A DNA stretch of 64,000 bases from an uncultured Verrucomicrobiae bacterium (GTDB taxonomy: Bacteria; Verrucomicrobiota; Verrucomicrobiia; Chthoniobacterales; Chthoniobacteraceae), in NCBI GenBank assembly GCA_963836755.1, contig CAWIKF010000002.1, forward strand, positions 1,312,001-1,376,000, written 5' to 3'. The notes below the pieces were generated by a model, which saw nothing but the letters and a program-made list of their open reading frames with translations, searched no databases and was not told the origin of the DNA. The translations under genes and the position numbers were made by a program. Positions 58,582 to 64,000 of the stretch are shown here, piece after piece (position 1 is the stretch's first letter; the number at the start of each line of letters is the position of its first letter).

Positions 58582-60255
58582 TTACAAAGCGGAAAGCTCG
58601 CGAACGACTTCGCGCGGCGATTTGTCCTCGCGCAGGCCCAGGAACGCCGGATGGCGCAGGCCGGCATCGCGCGTCCATTCCGTGAAGCGCACCTGGCAGA
58701 CGAGCGCAGGCTCGATCCAGGTGCAGCGCTTCATCTCGGCGCGCGTAATTCCCTGTCCCCATCGGCCTTTGCGCTGAGTCGGCAGATTCGCAAAGGGGCA
58801 ATCGTCGCGCTGCAACTTTTTCATCTTCGCGTGCAATTCGCGCAAAAGTTTTTCGCTGAAACCGGTGCCAACTTTTGCCGCAAAGATCAGTTTTTCCTTT
58901 TCGTAAAAACCGACGAGCAGCGCGCCGAAATGGCTGCGCGCGCCTTGCGGATCGGTGAAGCCGCCGATGACAAATTCCTGTTCGTTCGTCACTTTTAATT
59001 TCACCCACGCACCGCTTCGCCGGCCGGTTTCGTAAACGGAATCGCCGCGTTTGCCGACGATACCCTCGAGCCCGAGTTTTTTTACATTGTTTAAAAGTTC
59101 AGCGACGTCGCCTTCGAGATTTGCGGAAAAGCGGATTTCGTCCGGCGCATCTTCGAGCAACTTTTCCAAAACTTTTTTCCGTTCGGTCAAAGGCAATCCG
59201 CGCAAATCGCGGCCTTCGAGATTCAATAAATCGAACGCGTAATAACAGATCGGCGGATGCTCCTCGTTCATGTCGTGCGCCTGCAGGAGCTGAAAAGATG
59301 GGCGACCTTTTTCGTCGAGCGCGACAACTTCGCCATCGATCACCGCGCTTTTGCACGGAAGTTTTTTCAGCGCCGGAACCAGCTCCGGAAATTTTTGCGT
59401 CAAGGTTTTTTGGTTGCGCGAAATAAGTTCCGCATCCTTTTCGCGCTTGATGACGAGCGCGCGGAAGCCGTCGAATTTCAACTCGTAAATCCAGCCGGTT
59501 CCCGACGGTTTTTTTTCCACGGACTTTGCTTTCATCGGCTCGATGAATGCCGGTTTCGCCTCTGGAAGTTTTTTCAGTTCGGCGAGATCGAATGACGCGT
59601 TCTTTGCCGCGACTTCTTTTTCAACGACGGATTTTTCGCGAACTTTGGTCGCGAAACTTTTGCTTTTGTCGTCGCGGTTCGATTGCCATTCGGCGTCTTT
59701 GTCGGCAGCGATGCGCGCCATTGTCCGCTGCGTCAGGATCGATTCGTCGTCGTGCTTTTTGGAAATCGCGCGCATCGACTCGTCGCTTTTCAAAAGCAGC
59801 CACGCATTTTTTTCGTCAGAATTTTTGAGCGCGATCAGCGTCCATTCGCCGTCGAGTTTTTTTCCGTGGAGCGCAAAGTGCAGCTTCCCCTCGTCGAGGT
59901 CGCGCGCGGGCTCGTCGCTGCCGAGCGGCTCCCACGTGCCGATGTCCCACACCATCACGGTGCCGCCGCCGTATTGGCCTTTCGGGATGATGCCCTCGAA
60001 GCGCGCGTAATCGAGCGGATGATCCTCGACGTGCATCGCGAGACGCCTGTCGCCTTTTTTAAATGGGACGCCTTTCGGCACGGCCCACGATTTCAGGACG
60101 CCGTCGAGCTCGAGGCGGAAGTCGTAGTGCAGCCGCGAGGCGTCGTGTTTTTGAATGACGAAAAGCAGGCCTTTTTTGCGCCGCGCTTTTGTTTTTGGCG
60201 CAGGCTCCGCGGTTTTTTTGAAATCGCGTTTCGCCTTGTATTCGCGCAGTCCCAT
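58582..60255 (-). CDS. ligD: NHEJ DNA ligase D (phosphoesterase + ligase domains, no polymerase domain)
   Basis: QKHDASRLHYDFRLE PE domain; ELKFDGFR, DGE, EGIVGK, LRHP ligase motifs. Confidence 0.93.
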   Translation of the reverse strand: MGLREYKAKRDFKKTAEPAPKTKARRKKGLLFVIQKHDASRLHYDFRLELDGVLKSWAVPKGVPFKKGDRRLAMHVEDHPLDYARFEGIIPKGQYGGGTVMVWDIGTWEPLGSDEPARDLDEGKLHFALHGKKLDGEWTLIALKNSDEKNAWLLLKSDESMRAISKKHDDESILTQRTMARIAADKDAEWQSNRDDKSKSFATKVREKSVVEKEVAAKNASFDLAELKKLPEAKPAFIEPMKAKSVEKKPSGTGWIYELKFDGFRALVIKREKDAELISRNQKTLTQKFPELVPALKKLPCKSAVIDGEVVALDEKGRPSFQLLQAHDMNEEHPPICYYAFDLLNLEGRDLRGLPLTERKKVLEKLLEDAPDEIRFSANLEGDVAELLNNVKKLGLEGIVGKRGDSVYETGRRSGAWVKLKVTNEQEFVIGGFTDPQGARSHFGALLVGFYEKEKLIFAAKVGTGFSEKLLRELHAKMKKLQRDDCPFANLPTQRKGRWGQGITRAEMKRCTWIEPALVCQVRFTEWTRDAGLRHPAFLGLREDKSPREVVRELSAL

Positions 60256-60267
60256 TGGAACCGCGGC

Positions 60268-61086
60268 TCAGGCCGCTTTTTTGCGCTTCGCGGGCGCAGA
60301 AGTTTTCTTCGATTTTTTGCCGGAGTTTTGAAGGCTTTGCTGCAAGACGGAGACGAGATCGATGACGTTCGTGGCCTTGCGTTTCGGCGCGGGTTTGCCG
60401 GGCGCGGCTTCGGGATGCTCGATTTTTTCCTCGATGACTTTTTCCAATTTCGCGCGGTAGTCGTCCTTGTATTTTTCGGGCTCCCACTCGCCGCTCATGC
60501 TGTCAACGAGCGCCGTCGCCATATCGAGTTCCTTTTTGCCGACCTCATGTTTCGTGATTTTTAATTCGCTGGCGTTCACGAGTTCTTCGGCGAAATGCAT
60601 CAGCTCGAGCACGAGGCCGCGCTGGCTCGGTTTTACGCCTGCGAGATATTGGCGCGTTTTGATGACGACTTTTGCGATGCCAATCTTGCCGGTTTTTTCC
60701 AGCGCCTCGCGGAGCAGCGCGTAGGCTTTGTCGCCGCCTTTTTCCGGCTCCATATAATAAGGCTTGTAGAAAAACATCGGGTCCACTTCCTCGAGATCGA
60801 CGAAATCCGTGATATCCACCGTCTGCGTCGCCTCGACATCCACGCGGGCAAAATCTTCATCCTTTAGCACGATGAATTTTCCTTTTTCGTGCTCGTAGCC
60901 TTTCACGATCTGATCCCACGGAACCTCCTTGCCATCGGCCTCAGCGACGCGTTTGTAATTGACTGGGCTCAAATCGCTCGCGCGCAAAAGGCGGAATTTC
61001 AGCTCCTCTTTTCGCGTCGCCGGATAAAGCGCGATCGGAATGTTGACGAGGCCGAACGAAATGGCTCCCTTCCAAATGGCACGCAT
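60268..61086 (-). CDS. ku: Ku protein
   Basis: MRAIWKGAISFGLVNIP, IVKGYE, YKDDYR, VIDL...LQQSL, basic tail. Confidence 0.97.
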   Translation of the reverse strand: MRAIWKGAISFGLVNIPIALYPATRKEELKFRLLRASDLSPVNYKRVAEADGKEVPWDQIVKGYEHEKGKFIVLKDEDFARVDVEATQTVDITDFVDLEEVDPMFFYKPYYMEPEKGGDKAYALLREALEKTGKIGIAKVVIKTRQYLAGVKPSQRGLVLELMHFAEELVNASELKITKHEVGKKELDMATALVDSMSGEWEPEKYKDDYRAKLEKVIEEKIEHPEAAPGKPAPKRKATNVIDLVSVLQQSLQNSGKKSKKTSAPAKRKKAA

Positions 61087-61183
61087 ACATTTGTAAAACG
61101 GAGGACGGCGCCGCGGCGGACTTACACGCCGCGTTTGACGTGGTGCGGCATTGGCCTAGACTCTTCGGCATCCCAAATCGGGC

Positions 61184-61729
61184 ATGAACAGGGAAATCCG
61201 CAGCTTGTTTGGAAAAATTCTTTTTGCCGCCGCGCTTTTGCTCTGCGTCACACGCCACTCTTCCGCGCAAGGGGTGGAGATCCAGCCGCCGTTTGGGCTT
61301 TCGTGGGGTGAGTCTTCCGATCGAATCGAGAAGCTGCTGAAAGGCGCAAAGGCGACGATCGTCGATCGGCACGACGTCGAGGGACGGCAGGCGTGGACGG
61401 TTGAGGGCCTCGTGCAGGCGGGGCTTCGGCGGACGGTTTTTTATTTCAAAGACGGGATGCTGATGGAGGTCGAGCTGCAATATGAAGACCCGACGTGGGA
61501 CACCGCGAAATACAGCGATTTCATGTCGCAGGTGCGGCGGCGAATCGAACAAAAGTTTGGCGCCGGCCAGCTCATCGCGCGCTCAAAAGGTCCCGAGGGC
61601 AACGTGATACAGACGGTCGTCGGCTACAAATGGAATGAGAACAACACCGCGATCCAGTTGTTCTACTTTGCCGCCGAGACGGCGAAGAACGCATACCGGA
61701 CGGTGAGCGTTCATTACAAAACACTTTGA
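61184..61729 (+). CDS. Secreted hypothetical protein
   Basis: Signal peptide, PFGLSWG motif, host-like codon usage. Confidence 0.75.
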   Translation: MNREIRSLFGKILFAAALLLCVTRHSSAQGVEIQPPFGLSWGESSDRIEKLLKGAKATIVDRHDVEGRQAWTVEGLVQAGLRRTVFYFKDGMLMEVELQYEDPTWDTAKYSDFMSQVRRRIEQKFGAGQLIARSKGPEGNVIQTVVGYKWNENNTAIQLFYFAAETAKNAYRTVSVHYKTL

Positions 61730-61804
61730 CGCCGCGCGGTCTGCGGCGGTTGACAAGCGCGGCGCGGGATCACTAAACATGACTCCCTTTTTTCTCCCGC
61801 GCGC

Positions 61805-63022
61805 ATGAGCCTCATCGTCCAAAAATATGGCGGAACTTCCGTAGGCGATCCCGCCCGCATCGCAAACGTCGCGCGCCGCGTGATCGCGACACAGGAGCAG
61901 GGGAACCAAGTCGTAGTCGTCGTCTCCGCGATGTCCGGCGTCACCGACAATTTGATTAAACTCGCGCGTGAAATTTCCCAAAATCCGACCGAGCGCGAGA
62001 TGGATGTTTTGCTCGCGACCGGCGAGCAGACCACCATTGCGCTCACAGCAATCGCCATCAACGCGCTCGGAAAAAAAGCCGTCTCGCTGACCGGCGCGCA
62101 GGCCGGCATCATCACGGACGGCGTCCACACGAAAGCGAAAATCGCGAACATCACTCCGCGGCAAATTCACGATTTTCTCAACGACGACTGCATCGTGATC
62201 GTCGCCGGATTCCAAGGCCAGACGATGAGTGGTCAGATCACCACGCTCGGCCGCGGCGGCTCGGATTTGACGGCAATCGCGATCGCTGCGGCGGTGAAAG
62301 CGGATATTTGCCAGATTTACACCGACGTCGAAGGCGTCTTCACGTGTGACCCGCGCGTCGTGCCCGGCGCGCGCAAAATCCCGGAAATTTCCTACGATGA
62401 AATGCTCGAGATGGCGAGCAGCGGGGCGAAGGTGATGCAGTCGCGCTCGGTGGAATTTGCAAAAAAGTTCAAGGTGCCGTTTGAAGTGCGCAGCAGTTTC
62501 AACCAAAACCCCGGCACGATCGTGAAAGAAGAATCTATGAGCATGGAAAACGTTGTCATACGTGGCGTAAGCATCGAGCGGAACCAGGCGAAGGTCACTG
62601 TCACCAATGTCCCCGACAAACCGGGCACGGCCGCGAAGATTTTCAATGCCATCGCCGGCGCCGGCCTGATCATCGACATGATCGTCCAAAACATTTCCCT
62701 CAGCGGCACGACGGACATTTCCTTTACGCTCAACAAAGATGAACTGCCGAAGGCGAAGAGCGCGCTCGAGCCGCTCGTGCGCGAGATTGGCGCGAAGGAA
62801 TTGATCGCGCAGGATGGCATCGCGAAACTCAGCGTCGTCGGCATTGGGATGCGCTCGCACTCCGGTGTCGCGGCGAAACTTTTCGACGCATTGAGCGCCG
62901 GTGGAATCAATATCCAGATGATCTCGACGTCAGAGATCAAAATTGCCGTCATTTTAAATGAAGCGAAAATCGCCGAGGCCGCGCAGCTCGCGCACGACGC
63001 CTTCGGTCTCGGCGAAGGTTGA
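61805..63022 (+). CDS. lysC: Aspartate kinase
   Basis: QKYGGTSVG, VVSAM, TLGRGGSD, DPR, two ACT domains. Confidence 0.97.
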   Translation: MSLIVQKYGGTSVGDPARIANVARRVIATQEQGNQVVVVVSAMSGVTDNLIKLAREISQNPTEREMDVLLATGEQTTIALTAIAINALGKKAVSLTGAQAGIITDGVHTKAKIANITPRQIHDFLNDDCIVIVAGFQGQTMSGQITTLGRGGSDLTAIAIAAAVKADICQIYTDVEGVFTCDPRVVPGARKIPEISYDEMLEMASSGAKVMQSRSVEFAKKFKVPFEVRSSFNQNPGTIVKEESMSMENVVIRGVSIERNQAKVTVTNVPDKPGTAAKIFNAIAGAGLIIDMIVQNISLSGTTDISFTLNKDELPKAKSALEPLVREIGAKELIAQDGIAKLSVVGIGMRSHSGVAAKLFDALSAGGINIQMISTSEIKIAVILNEAKIAEAAQLAHDAFGLGEG

Positions 63023-63051
63023 GCGCGCCGAGGTGCGATGGCGCTGAAGCA

Positions 63052-63079
63052 TTGACAATCGAGGTGCCGCCGCTAAAGT
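63052..63079 (+). promoter_or_regulatory. Sigma70-type promoter of the rpmH operon
   Basis: TTGACA-16 bp-TAAAGT, 37 nt upstream of the rpmH ATG. Confidence 0.65.
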
Positions 63080-63116
63080 TGCGCCTCTTTTTGACCGGCC
63101 AACTTTTTAAAGCTTT

Positions 63117-63290
63117 ATGAAACGCACCTATCAGCCATCGAAGCGCACGCGCAAGCAGCAGTTTGGTTTCCGCGCGCGCATGAAGACCAAAAGCGGGCGC
63201 GCAATCCTCTCGCGCCGCCGTCAGCGCGGCCGCAAGCGCCTGCTGCCGAAGGGTGTCGAAATTCATTTCGCGCGGCACACCCAGGCCTAG
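63117..63290 (+). CDS. rpmH: 50S ribosomal protein L34 (not in ORF track)
   Basis: [42 protein letters not shown]. Confidence 0.97.
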   Translation: MKRTYQPSKRTRKQQFGFRARMKTKSGRAILSRRRQRGRKRLLPKGVEIHFARHTQA

Positions 63291-63700
63291 TGGCGCGAGG
63301 CGAGGGCAGTGAGAACTGCGGGCCGTCCGGCGGTTCGCGCCCAGCTCATCCGCTCCGTTTTCCAAAGTCCGCGCGGTTGACGCGGACGACCGAGTTTCAA
63401 AAAATCAAACTTGAGGGCCGCACGTTTCACGGAAAACTTATGGTGCTTGGCGTCCTGAAAATTTCTGAAATCGAACCTGTGCGCGCAGGTTTCGTCACAT
63501 CCCGCCGCGTCGGCCAGGCCGTGCAGCGCAACCGCGTCCGCCGCCGATTGCGCGAGCTCGTGCGCCACGCGCGGCCGAATTTGCGGCACGGATTCTGGCT
63601 CGTGCTCATCGCGCGCGCCGCCGCCACGCGCGCGAGCTGGAGCGAGCTGTGTGACGAATGGGTTTTGCTCGCGCGCCGCGCGTCAATTTTAAACGCATGA
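63290..63700 (+). CDS. rnpA: Ribonuclease P protein component
   Basis: RL....[24 protein letters not shown]; synteny. Confidence 0.95.
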   Translation: MARGEGSENCGPSGGSRPAHPLRFPKSARLTRTTEFQKIKLEGRTFHGKLMVLGVLKISEIEPVRAGFVTSRRVGQAVQRNRVRRRLRELVRHARPNLRHGFWLVLIARAAATRASWSELCDEWVLLARRASILNA

Positions 63701-63939
63701 TCCGGATTTTGATTCGCGGCTATCAGGTTTTTCTTTCGCCGCTGCTCTCGGTTTTTTTCGGCCCGAATTCCGGCTGCCGTTATGAGCCGACCTGCTCGCA
63801 GTATTTTCTCGAGGCCGTGGAAATGCACGGCGCACTGCGCGGAAGCTGGCTCGGCGTCAAACGAATCGCGCGCTGCCATCCGTGGGGCGGCCAGGGCGCT
63901 GATCCCGTGCCGATGAAAAACGGAGGCTGCAAAGCGTAA
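63697..63939 (+). CDS. yidD: Membrane protein insertion efficiency factor
   Basis: [24 protein letters not shown]. Confidence 0.95.
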   Translation: MIRILIRGYQVFLSPLLSVFFGPNSGCRYEPTCSQYFLEAVEMHGALRGSWLGVKRIARCHPWGGQGADPVPMKNGGCKA

Positions 63940-63943
63940 TTTC

Positions 63944-64000
63944 ATGGACAAAAAAGGAGCCATCGCCATTGCGCTCGCCATCATCGTGATGGTCGTGTGG
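63944..64000 (+). CDS. yidC: Probable YidC insertase, 5' end (truncated by window edge)
   Basis: MDKKGAIAIALAIIVMVVW, following rpmH-rnpA-yidD. Confidence 0.75.
   Translation, partial: MDKKGAIAIALAIIVMVVW

Overview
High-GC bacterial chromosomal window, probably Verrucomicrobiota (inferred from a PVC-restricted small gene upstream of an M16 peptidase and a DUF1844-like gene, a short HemA and the overall gene style). Housekeeping content: AsmA-like protein, thyA-folA, a 13-kb cluster of GT2 and GT-C glycosyltransferases next to ispA, a hybrid kinase, fabF, a frameshifted AddA-like helicase-nuclease, an ADH-ALDH-GlnA-like amine catabolism operon, S1/P1 nuclease, heme genes, ku-ligD, lysC and rpmH-rnpA-yidD-yidC. 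The main accessory feature is an integron gene-cassette array of about 10.6 kb (28.9-39.6 kb) with no integrase gene in the window. It has an attI-like start, six full-length attC hairpins whose R'' ends match their own cassette starts, and a proximal-to-distal gradient of attC decay. A remnant of the same attC family lies at about 3.07 kb on the minus strand, next to a 41-bp double-hairpin tandem repeat. A second candidate novel system is a three-gene operon encoding a GrpE-like protein, a lidless Hsp70, and a protein with an HPD-less J-like domain fused to a Cys-less FGE-sulfatase domain. All family assignments come from motif recognition by eye. No searches were run.
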